A stretch of 64,000 nt of DNA from Leucoraja ocellata (lineage: Eukaryota). The notes beneath the pieces are model-generated. The model made no database searches, was not told the origin of the DNA, and saw only the letters and a program-made list of their open reading frames with translations. Positions 1 through 12,200 of this stretch are shown piece by piece (positions within the stretch are counted from its first letter, which is position 1; the number at the start of each line of letters is the position of its first letter). The stretch spans positions 124,001-188,000 of the forward strand of contig JAWMAR010001278.1 of assembly GCA_036785375.1 (NCBI GenBank). Direction: 5' to 3'. Position numbers and translations under genes: made by a program.

Positions 1-329
1 AGGCAAAGAGAATGAGGTTGGATGAAAATGTAGCATAGATCATTGTTAGCTAGGAGAAGCTGACAACGAAGCAAACAGAGATAAGATTTAATCAAGGGGA
101 CGTCAGACTGGTTGTAGAATAGGAAAGAGGAGGGATGGAGAAAGAGGGAAAGCAAGGCTACGAAGTTAGAGAAGTCGATAATCGTACCGATGTAAGTTGC
201 CCAAGAGTAATATGAGGTGCTGTTCCCCAATTTGCGTTGGGCCTGACTCTAACAGTGAAAGAGGCCCAGGACAGAAAGGTATTTCTGTGTCTCCATCTCC
301 CATGACTCTCACTATGTATTGTACTCAAT

Positions 330-1300
330 ATTGTGAGCAATTTGGGGCCCCATATCTGAGGAAGGATGTGCTGGCTCTGGAGAGGAGGTTTACATAAATG
401 ATCCCAGGAATGAGTGGGTTAACATATGATGAGCGTTTGATAGCACTGGGCCTGTACTCGCTGGAGTTTAGAAGAATGAGGGTGGGACATACAGAATAAT
501 GAAAGGCTTGGATAGAGTGAACGTGGAGAGGATGTTTCCACTAGTGGGAGAGTCTAGAACTAGAGATTACAGCCTCAGAATTAAAGGATGTTCTTTTAGG
601 AAGGAGATGAGGAAGGACATCTTCAGTCAGAGAGTGGTGAATCTGTGGAATTCTTTGCCACAGTAGACTGTAGAGGCTAAGTCAGTGGATTATTTAAGGC
701 AGAGATGGATAGATTCTTGATTTGTACTCGTGTCAGAGGTTATGGGGAGAAGGCAGGAGAATGGGGTTAGGAGATAGAGATAGGTCTGCAATGATTGAAT
801 GGTGGAGCAGACTTGATGGGCCGAATGGCTTAATTCTGCTCCTATCACTTATGACCTTATACAGTACGACCAGCCAGGGTTCCGTGCAAACACTGAATTC
901 TGGTACACATGGCAATTATACAATCATACCAATAGATGGGCTGAAAAAAGGGCTGGCATGGACATGGTGGGCCAAAGGACCTGTTGCATAGAAACATAGA
1001 AACATAGAAATTAGGTGCAGGAGTAGGCCATTCGGCCCTTCGAGCCTGCACCGCCATTCAATATGATCATGGCTGATCATCCAACTCAGTATCCCGTACC
1101 TGCCTTCTCTCCATACGCACTGATCCCCTTAGCCACAAGGGCCACATCTAACTCCCTCTTAAATATAGCCAATGAACTGGCCTCAACTACCCTCTATGGC
1201 AGAGAGTTCCAGAGATTCACCACTCTCTGTGTGAAAAAAGTTCTTCTCATCTCCGTTTTAAAGGATTTCCCCCTTATCCTTAAGCTGTGACCCATTGTCC
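330..1300. mobile_element. Two opposed CR1/HER1 3' fragments
   Basis: + strand LGLYSLEFRR/RVVNLWNSLP remnant at ~330-855; - strand copy with (ACATAGAA)n tail at ~990-1300. Confidence 0.8.
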
Positions 1301-1356
1301 TGGAGCTTGGATGGAGGAGCTGTTCCCAAAGCAAGCTGCGATGCATCCTGATACGA

Positions 1357-1628
1357 TCTATCTTCTGTCTACACTATTACTAAAACTCTCATCTTGACCA
1401 CTTCCCCTCTGTGTTGTTTTTAAATTTGCTCAAAAACGGTTCAGATGTCGCCCGTCCAGAAGCTGCCGAGTTTAAAGCTGAAGCAGCAGAGTGTGGGCTG
1501 TTGACCCCCCTCAAACACTCCCCCTCCCACACTCCCCTCCCTCCCCTACAGCCCCCCTCCCCTACACCCCCCTCCCCTACACCCCCCGCCCCCATAAACC
1601 CCCTCCCCACACACCCCTTCCCCCTTCA
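1357..1628 (+). mobile_element. Truncated Helitron 5' end, related family
   Basis: A|TCTATC...ACACTATTACTAAAACTCTCATCTTG matches 53825 onward, followed by a C-rich tract. No 3' end seen. Confidence 0.65.
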
Positions 1629-2848
1629 TTCCAATGACATGCAGGTTTGTAGGCTAATTGGCTTGGCTACATTGTAAATTGTCCCTGGCGTGTGTAGGAT
1701 AGTGTTAGTGTGCGGGAGATCACTGGTCGGCACAGACTCGATGGGTCGAAGGGCCTGTTTCCACGTTGTATCTCTAGACTAAACACAGAACTAGTGTGTG
1801 AACAGGTGATCGCTGGTCGATGCGGGCACGGTGGGGTAAAGGTCCAGTTTCCGTGTTGTATCTCAAAAAGTAAACATAGAACTAGTGTGTGAAGTGGTCG
1901 GCATGGTCTGTGGGCCGTTGGAGCCTGTTTCTGTGCTGTATCTCTAAACTAAACTAAGCTGAGCAATTTCTTGTGGTCTTGGGCAGAGCTGGTCCCAAAC
2001 CAAAGTGTAATGCAACCTAACAGTGTTCTTTCACAGTTCATGTGGAGAAGTTGGTGTGAGTCACTGGAGAAATGCTGACCTTCCTTCATCTTTTGAGCAA
2101 GATGAGACATCAATTGCTTTATTGACCACAGCTTCAATGTAGTTGGTGCAGCGTATGCTGTTGGTGATATTTACAGACATGTGATAGGAGCAGAATTAGG
2201 CCATTCAGCCCATCAAATCTACTCCGCCTTTTAATCATGGCTGATCCATCTCCCTACTAATCCCATTCTCCTGCCTTCTCCCTATAACCCGTGACACCAG
2301 GACGAATTCACAATCTATCTTTCTCTGCCTCAACAATATCCACTGACTGGGCCGCCACAGCCTTCTGTGGCAAAGAATTCCACAGATTAACCACCCTCTC
2401 ACTAAAGAAATTCCTCCTCATCTCCTTCCTAGAACAACGTTGAATTCTGAGGCTATGACCCTCCCAGTAGTGGAAAAGTCCTATCCACATCCACTCTATC
2501 CAAGCCTTTCACTATGCGGTAAGTTTCAATGTGGTCCTCCCTCATTCTTCTAAACTCCAGCTAGTACAGACCCAGTGCTGACAAACACTCTCATATGTAA
2601 ACACACTCATTCCTGGGACCATTCCTGTAAACCTCCTCTGGACCCTCTCCATAGCCAGCACATTCTTCATCAGATACAAGGCTCAAAAGTTCTCACAATA
2701 TTCCTAATGTGGCCTCACCAGCTCCTCATAGAGCCTCAGCATTGCATCCATGTTGCTTAATGTATATTGGTCGCTGGAGTTTTACTGCAACAACTTTCTC
2801 TTCCAGACCGGGAGATCGGGTAACTGACGGGATATCTGGGATCGGACA

Positions 2849-2888
2849 ATGATCGGGAGATCGTTCTTCCTCCTCTCCCTTCTCCAAG
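2849..2888 (+). CDS. Siglec-like gene, leader exon (MIGRSFFLLSLLQ, phase 1)
   Basis: ATG at 2849, hydrophobic run, CAAG|gtac donor. An upstream acceptor ttctcttccag at 2805-2806 implies a further non-coding 5' exon. Confidence 0.75.
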
Positions 2889-5800
2889 GTACCATCAGCA
2901 GCAACTCAGAAGTGTTTACGGGGAGTGATGCACTGGGGGAGGGGCGGTGAGGAGGGAGTGATGCACTGGGGGAGGGGCGGTGAGGGGGGAGTGATGCACT
3001 GGGGGAGGGGCGGTGAGGATGGAGTGATGCATTGGGGGAGGGGCGGTGAGGAGGGAGTGATGCACTGGGGGAGGGGCAGTGAGGAGGGAGACTCTACCAC
3101 TACGCCATCATGCTGCTCTTCTACGCTCTGTTCACACCGGGTCCACAGCGCAGGATAAACGGTGTGGAAAGTCCAGTGAACTGACAGGGTGTTCACTGCT
3201 AAAGATTGATCCTTCTCTCCTCAGCCGTGATGTCGGGAGACTGTGTGTGGAGTGCGTGGTATCCCAAAGTTGTGACAGCGCAGAATGGTTTGTGTGCACG
3301 GATTCCGTGTAACTACACGTACCCGTCGTATCCGAACAATAAACAACGGACTGCAATCTGGTATAACCATGAGTCGAAGAATGACAAACATTCTGTAGCC
3401 TTCCACTCCGGGGATCCCAGTCTAGAATCAACAAAGTTTCAGCTTAGGACCCGGCTGTCAGGAATCCTGATAGACAACGACTGTTCCCTGGTTATAGACA
3501 ACGTCAAGCAGCAAGATGCAGGTCCTTATTTTTTCAAAGTTGATTTCGGAAGGGGAAATAAGTACAACTACCTCCCTGCAACACAGCTCAGTGTTACTGG
3601 TAAGTGCTCTGTATAATGCACTCATTCACTCAACAGTTTCTCCCAGCTGTTATCAGGCAACTGAACCAACCTACCACAACCAGAGAGCAGTGTTGAACTA
3701 CTGTTGACCTCACTGGTGACCCATCGGACTATCCTTGATTGGACTTTGCTGGCTTTACCTTGCACTAAACGTTATTCCCTTATCATGTATCCATACACTG
3801 CAAATGACTTGATTGCAATCATGTATAATCTTTCTGCTGAGGCAGATAGTAGTTCAGCACCGCTCCCTGGTTGTGGTAGAATGATTCAGTTGCCTGATAA
3901 CAGCTGGGAAGAAACTGTCCCTGAATCTGGAGGTGCGTGTTTTCACACTTCTATACCTTGTAGAAACATTCTTGCTCGTGTGGGACTGGGATTTCAATGT
4001 GAACCGATGTATCCAGTGATATTTAACTAACAGTATTTGTTTCTCTGTGTGTTAGATTTCACGGATAAACCCACGATATTCCCTGCTGAATTGGTGGCAG
4101 GAAAGCCTGTGGACATGACCTGCTCCTTCAACACCACCTGTAATGGAACGGCCCCCACCTTAACCTGGGTCACCCCCACTGATGTACCACCGTCAGCCTC
4201 ACACAGTGTAACTCAGCAGGGTGACACTCTGACATATACTTCTGTTCTGTCCCTGACCCCAGCGCTCAAACATCACGGGCAAAACCTCACCTGCAGAGTC
4301 ACATACCCAACTGTGTCATCGGAGCAGATCCTCACACTGACTGTGGAATGTAAGTACGAAGATCGTTAGGCCATTCAGAATTAGTAAGTACAGAATTAGG
4401 CCATTCAGCCCATCAACTCTACTCTGCTATTCAATCATGGCTGATCAATCTCTCTCTCCTAACCCCTTTCTTCTGCCTTCTCCCTATATCCTCTGACACC
4501 TGTATTAATCAAATCAACACCAAAAGCTGGAGAAACTCAGCAGGCCAGGCAGCATCTCTGGAGAGAAGGAATGGGTGACGTTTCGGGTCGAGAGCCTTCT
4601 TTAGACTGAAAGTTACAGGAAAGGGAAACGAGAGATATAGACGATGATGTGGAGAGATGTATGACCTACCTGATCTCCTGGTTGCTAAACACATTAATTC
4701 TCCTTCCCAATTCCCACACTGAACTTTCTGTCCTCGGACACTACCATTGTCAGAGTGAGGTTAAATGCAAATTGGAGGATCAGCATCTCATACTTTGCTT
4801 GGGCAGTTTACAGCCCAGTGGTATGTATATTGATTTCTCTAACTTCAGGTAGCCCCGGCATTCCCTCTCTCTCCATCCCTCCCCCACCCAAGTCTCATCA
4901 GCTTCTCGTTCTCACCCAACAAACAGCTAACAACGGCCTGTTTCCTTTAACATCATTAATTTTTTGCATATCTTTCATTCTTTGTTCTATATGTCTCTAC
5001 ACCATCGTCTATATCTCTCATTTCCCTAAACATAGAACTAGTGTGTGAATGTGTGATCAATGGTTGGCGCGGACTCCGTGGGCTGAAGGGCCTATTTCCG
5101 CAGTGTATCTCTACAGTCTGAAGACTAAAGTCTTTTACGAGGATCACCGAAAGTGCCGCAAAACTGGTTGCTGAATGTTATCTGTTTGCAGACGCCCCCC
5201 AGAATCTCTCAATCACTTCCCCCGACAATGTGAACAATTCCTGGGTCAGTATAAAGGAAAGAAATTCTGCAGCGATCCTCTGCTCCCTCCAGAGTTTCCC
5301 AGCGTCTAACCTGATGTGGAGACATCCCGGTGTCACGCTGAACACAACATGTTCCAGCAACGAGCTGTGGATGGACATAGACATAGACATAGAAAATAGG
5401 TTCAGGAGGTGGCCATTCGAGCCAGCACCGCCATTCATTGTGATCATGGCTGTTCGTCCCCAATCAATAACCCGTGCCTGCCTTCTCCCCATATCCCTTG
5501 ATTCCACTAGCCCCTAGAGCTCTATCTAACTCTCTCTTAAATCCATCGAGTAACTTGGCCTCCACTTCCCTCTGTGGCTGGGAATTCCACAAATTCACAA
5601 CTCTCTGGGTGAAAAAGTTTTTTCTCACCTCAGCCTTAAGTTGCTTTCCCTTTATTCTAAGACTATAGCCCCTGGTTCTGGACTCGCCCAACATTGGGAA
5701 CATTTTTCGTACATCTACCTTGTCCAGTCCTTTTACGATTTTATACGTTTCTATAAAATATCCCCTCATCCTTCTAAACTCCAGTGAATACAAGCCTAGT

Positions 5801-6170
5801 CTTTTCAATTCCCTCAGCCGACAGGGAAGGACGCTGGGCTCTCTCAGTGTGTGGCAGAGAATGAACACGGGACAGCAGAGAGGGATGTGACCCTCACTGT
5901 AGAATGTGTGTAGACACACACTGTCATGTCTATGTATAGGCAGATGGTTTATTGGCCCATGAGAGATGCTGGAATTCACTAACACAAACACACACACTCT
6001 CACACACACACGCAGTCTCCCTCTCTCTTTCGCACAAACACACACATTCTCTCTGTCCCACACATGAACATCATCCCTCACACACACACACACTCTGTCG
6101 TTCATACATACACACTCACTCAAACACACACACACATTCTCTCACAATCGTCTCTAGCTCCCTCTACCCC

Positions 6171-6203
<33 letters not shown>

Positions 6204-9200
6204 GCACTCATTCACTCAAACACACATACAGACACACATCCTCAAGATCTCGGAGAAAACCCACGCAGGACACGGGGAGAACGTGCAAACTACGTACAGA
6301 AAGGCACGGGTGGTCAGGATTGAACCCGGGTCTCTGGCGCCGTGACTCTACCCACTGTGCCACCGTGCCGCCCACATCTACAGCCTTGTTTGTTCCCCAC
6401 CTGTATGTAGCCTGTCTCACCTCTGCCTGACGTTGTTGGATTATATTGGTCTTTCCACCCAGAAACCTTCAATGCCTCCCTCTATGTATCGTCACTCCTC
6501 ACGTTACTTAAACACAAAGTAGTGGAGCAACTCAGTGGGTCAGGCAGTGTCTTTAGAGTCATAGAGTCTTACAGCATGGTTACATGTCCTTTGGCCCAAC
6601 TTGCCCACACCGGCCAACGAGCCCCATCTATACTCGTCCCACCTGCCCTACTTCGGCCCATATCCCTCCAAACAAGTCCTATCCATATTTGACGTCCATC
6701 AGTCTGAATAAGGGTTTTGGCCTGAAACATTGCCTATTTCCTTCGCTTCATAGATGCTGCTGCACCCGCTCAGTTTCTCCAGCACTTTTGTCTACCTCCT
6801 ATCCATGTAAACTGTCCAACTGTGTTGTAAATGTTGCAATGGTCCCAGCCTCAACTACCTCCTCCGGGACTGGACAAGCTAGATGCAGGAAAATTGTTCC
6901 CAATGTTGGGCGAGTCCAGAACCAGGGGCCACAGTCTTAGAATAAAGTGGAGGCCATTTAAAACTGAGGTGAGAAATAACTTTTTCACCCAGAGAGCTGT
7001 GAATTTGTGGAATTCCCTGCCACAGAGCGCAGTGGAGGCCAAATCACTGGATGGATTTAAGAGAGAATTAGATAGAGCTCTAGCTCTAATGGAATCAAGG
7101 GATATGGGGAGAAGGCAGGCACGGGTTATTGATTGGGGACGATCAGCCATGATCACAATGAATGGTGGTACTGGCTCGAAGGGCCGAATGGCCTCCTCCT
7201 GCACCTATTTTCTATGTTTCTATGTAGAGAGATAAAGAACAATGAATGTAAGATCGGAGAGCAGGAGGCATCACAGAGGGGGAGCAGTGAGAGGGGGTGT
7301 GGCAGAACTGCAATGTTGTGAAAGATTGCAGCAGGAACTTGATCATTGGCCAGATGAACTGATGAATGGTTAATTTAATTTAAATCAGAGAAATGTGAGA
7401 TGTTGCATTTTGGGACGTCTAACAAAAGCAGCACCTACACAGTTAATGGTAGGCCTGTGGGGAGTGTTGTAGAGCAGAGGGATCAAGGAGTGCAGGTGCA
7501 AGGTTCCTTGAAGATCAAGTCACAGGTGGTCAAAAAGCCTTTTGGCATACTGGCGTTCATCAGTCAGAGTATTGAGTATAGAAGTTGGGAGGTCATGTTG
7601 CAGTTGTATAAGATGTCGGTGAGACCGCGCTTAGAATATTGTGTTCAGTTCTGGGCACCATGTTACAGGAAAGATATTATCAAGCTTGAAAGGGTTCAGT
7701 GAAGATTTATGGGAATGTTGCCAAGGACTAGAGGGCCCGAGCTACAGGGAGAGGTTGTGCAGGCTGGGTCTCTATTCCTTGGAGCGCAGATGGATGTGGG
7801 GTGATCTTATAGTGAAAAGATCATGAGGGGAATTGATTGAGTGGATGCACAGAGTATCTTGTATAGAATAGGGGAATCGAGGACCAGAGGACATAGGTTC
7901 AAGGTGAAGGAGAAAAGATTTAATAGGAACCTGAGGAACCTTTTACACAAAGGGTAGTTGGTGTATGGAACAAGGTGCCAGAGGAGGTAGTTGAGGCAGT
8001 GTCTATCCCAACGTTTAAGAAACAGTTAGACAGGTACATGGATACGACAAATTTGGAGGGTTATGGGCAGGTGGGACTAGTGTATCTGGGACATGTTGGC
8101 CAGTGTGGGCAAGTTGGGCTGAAGGGCCTGTTTCCACACGATCACCCTATGACTCTACCTCTCGTCCGAGAGAGGATAACTTCTTCAAAATAGACATATC
8201 TTGAGGAGATTTCACGGTGGAGCAGACGAAATGTGTAGGAAGGAACTGCAGATGCTGGTTTAAACCAAAGATAGATACAAAAAGCTGGAGTAACTCAGCG
8301 GGTCAGGCAGCATCTCTGGAGAGTAGGAATGGGCGGCGTTTCGGGTTGAGACCCTTCTTCAGACTAGTTGCATTCGTACTTCATCTTTTCTCTCCGTACT
8401 GTCCTGGTTGGCGCGTGGAATTCTGCCATGTTAACTCACGTTTAAACCTTCGTTTGTCTTTAGATGCTCCACGAAATCTCTCAATCACTTCCCACGACGA
8501 TGCGAACAGTTCCCGGGTGATTGTAAAGGAAGGAAACTTTGCAGCGATCCTCTGCTCCGTTCAGAGTTTCCCAGCATCTAACCTGACGTGGGTACATCTC
8601 GGTGTCACGCTGAACACAACATGTTCCAGCAACGAGCTGTGGATGCAGTTCCCTCAGCTGGCATGGCAGGACGCTGGGGTCTATCAGTGTGTGGCGGTGA
8701 ATGAACACGGGACAGCAGAGAGGGATGTGACCCTCACTGTAGAATGTGAGTAGACACACACTAACACATCCCTCAAAACGTCATCAATGATAGGGGCAGA
8801 ATTAGAATGTTGAATGGTCAAGTCTACTCCACCATTTAATTATGGCTAATCTATCTCTCCCTCCTAACCCCATTCTCCTGCCTTCTCATAGAGCCATAGA
8901 GTTATAGAGCCATTGATTCATAGAGTGATACAGCGTGGGAACTGCTCAACTTGCTTTCAACAGCCTGCATGTCCCAGATACACTAGTCCTTCAGCACCAC
9001 GTGTAATGGAACGGCAACCACCTTAACCTGGGTCACCCCCGCTGATGAACCACCGTCAGCCTCACACAGCGTAACTCAGCAGGGTGACACTCTGACATAT
9101 ACTTCTGTTCTGTCCCTGACCCCAGCGCTCAAACATCACGGGCAAAACCTCACCTGCAGAGTCACATACCCAACTGTGTCATTGGAGCAGACCCTCACAC

Positions 9201-12200
9201 TGACTGTGGAATGTAAGTACGGAGATCGTTTATTGTGCAGGAACATCAATAATCTACTAGCAGTGCTGGTATATAAGGTCATAGACGATATGTACAGAAT
9301 TAGGCCATTCAGCCCATCAACTCTACTCTGCCATTCAATCATGGTTGAACAATCTCTCTCTCCTAACCCCTTTCTTCTGCCCTCTCCCCATATCCTCTGA
9401 CACCTGTACTAATCAAATCAACACCAAAAGCTGGAGAAACTCAGCAGGACAGGCAGCATCTCTGGGGAGAAGGAATGGGTGACGTTTCGGGTCGAGAGCC
9501 TTCTTCAGACTGAAAGTTACAGGAAAGGGAAACGAGAGATATAGACGATGATGTAGAGAGATGTATGACCTACCTGATCTCCTGGTTGCTAAACACATTA
9601 ATTCTCCTTCCCATTCCCACACTGAACTTTCTGTCCTCGGACACCACCATTGTCAGAGTGAGGTTAAATGCAAATTGGAGGATCAGCATCTCATATTTTG
9701 CTTGGGCAGTTTACAGCCCAGTGGTATGTATATTGATTTCTCTAACTTCAGGTAGCCCCGGCATTCCCTCTCTCTCCATCCCTCCCCCACCCAAGTCTCA
9801 TCAGCTTCTCGTTCTCACCCAACAAACAGCTAACAACGGCCTGTTTCCTTTAACATCGTTAACTTTTTGCATATCTTTCATTCTTTGTTCTATATGTCTC
9901 CACACCATCGTCTTTCTCTCATTTCCCTAAACATAGAACTAGTGTGTGAATGTGTGATCGATGGTTGGCGCGGACTCCTTGGGCTGAAGGGCCTATTTCC
10001 GCAGTGGATCTCTAAAGTCTGAAGACTAAAGTCTTTTACAAGGATCAACGAAAGTGCTGCAAAACTGGTTGCTGAATGTTATCTGTTTGCAGACGCCCCC
10101 CAGAATCTCTCAATCACTTCCCCCGACAATGTGAACAATTCCTGGGTCAGTATAAAGGAAGGAAACTGCAGCGATCCTTTGCTCCCTCCAGAGTTTCCCA
10201 GCGTCTAACCTGATGTGGAGACATCAGTGTCACGCTGAACACAACATGTTCCAGCAATGAGCTGTGGATGGTGCAGGAGGTGGCCATTCGGCCCTTCGAG
10301 CCAGTACCGCCATTCATTGTGATCATGGCTGATCGTCCCCAATCAATAACCTGTGCCTGCCTTCTCCCCATATCCCTTGATTCCACTAGCCCCTTGAGCT
10401 CTATCTAACTCTCTCTTAAATCCATCGAGTAACTTGGCCTCCACTGCCCTCTGTGGCAGGGAATTCCACAAATTCACAACTCTCTGTGTGAAAACGTTTT
10501 TTCTCACCTCAGCCTTAAATGGCTTCCCCTTTATTCTAAGACTATAGCCCCTGGTTCTGGACTCGCCCAACATTGGGAACAATCGTTCATCTACCTTGTC
10601 CAGTCCTTTTATAATTTTATATGTTTCAATAAGACATCCCCTCATCCTTCTAAACTTCAGTGAATACAAGCCTATTCTTTACAATTCCCTCAGCTGACAG
10701 GGAAGGATGCTGGGGTCTATCAGTGTGTGGTGGAGAATGACCATGGGACAGCAGAGAGGGATGTGACCCTCATTGTAGAATGTGAGTAGACACACACTGT
10801 CATGTCTATGTAAAGGCAGATGGTTTATTGGCCCATGAGAGATACTGGAATTCACTAACACACACNNNNNNNNNNNNNNNNNNNNNNNNNNNNNNNNNNN
10901 NNNNNNNNNNNNNNNNNNNNNNNNNNNNNNNNNNNNNNNNNNNNNNNNNNNNNNNNNNNNNNNNNNNNNNNNNNNNNNNNNNNNNNNNNNNNNNNNNNNN
11001 NNACACGCTCCCTCTCTCTCTCACACACACACGCACTCATTCACTCAAACACACACAGACACACATCCTCAAGTTCTCGGAGAAAACCCAGGCAGGTCAC
11101 GGGGAGAACGTGCAAACTCCGTACAGAAAGGCACGGGTGGTCAGGATTGAACCCGGGTCTCTGGCGCTGTGAGGCAGGAGCTCCATCCACAGCGCCACCG
11201 TGCCGCCCACATCTACAGCCTTGTTTGTTCCCCACCTGTATGTAACCTGTCTCACCTCTGCCTGACGTTGTTGGATTATATTGGTCTTTCCACCCAGAAA
11301 CCTTCAATGCCTCCCTCTATGTATCGTCACTCCTCACGTTGCTTAAACACAAAGTAGTGGAGCAACTCAGTGGGTCAGGCAGTGTCTTTAGAGTCATAGA
11401 GTCTTACAGCATGGTACCAACTTGCCCACCCCAGCCAACAAGACCCATCTATACTCTGCCCACCTGCCCTACTTTGGCCCATATCCCTCCAAACAAGTCC
11501 TATCCATATTTGACATCCATCAGTCTGAAGAAGGGTTTTGGCCCGAAACATTGCCTATTTCCTTCGCTCCATCGATGCTGCTGCACCCGCTCAGTTTCTC
11601 CAGCACTTTTGTCTACCTCCTATCCATGTTACCCGTCCAACTGTTTTTTAAACGTTGCAATGGTCCCATCCTCAACTACCTCCTCCGGCAGCTCGTTCCT
11701 TATAAAAGGACTGGACAAGCTAGTTGCAGGAAAATTGTTCCCAATGTTGGGCGAGTCCAGAACCAGGGGCCACTGTCTGAGAATAAAGGGGAGGCCATTT
11801 AAGACTGAGGTGAGAAAGAACTTTTTCACCCAGAGAGTTGTGAATTTGTGGAATTCCCTGCCACAGAGGGCAGTGGAGGCCAAATCACTGGATGGATTTA
11901 AGAGAGAGTTAGATAGAGCTCTAGCTCTAATGGAATCAAGGGATATGGGAAGAAGGCAGGCACGGGTTATTGATTGGGGACGATCAGCCATGATCACAAT
12001 GAATGTTGGTGCTGGCTCGAAAGGCCGAATGGCCTCCTCCTGCAACTATTTTCTATGTTTCTATGTAGAGATATAAAGAACAATGAATGTAAGATCGGAG
12101 AGCAGGAGGCATCACAGAGGGGGAGCAGTGAGAGGGGGTGTGGCAGAACTGCAATGTTGTGAAAGATTGCAGCAGGAACTTGATCATTGGCCAGATGAAC

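Noticed and set aside
3110-3140. Alternative leader MLLFYALFTP
   Set aside because: Short, poor donor (gtccac), and the unspliced frame stops at ~3184. The exon at 2849-2888 fits better.
4202-4240. RSS-like CACAGTG + 23 nt + ACATATACT suggesting RAG rearrangement
   Set aside because: Lies inside a coding exon, the nonamer lacks the A-tract, there is no partner RSS, and the duplicate copy reads CACAGCG.
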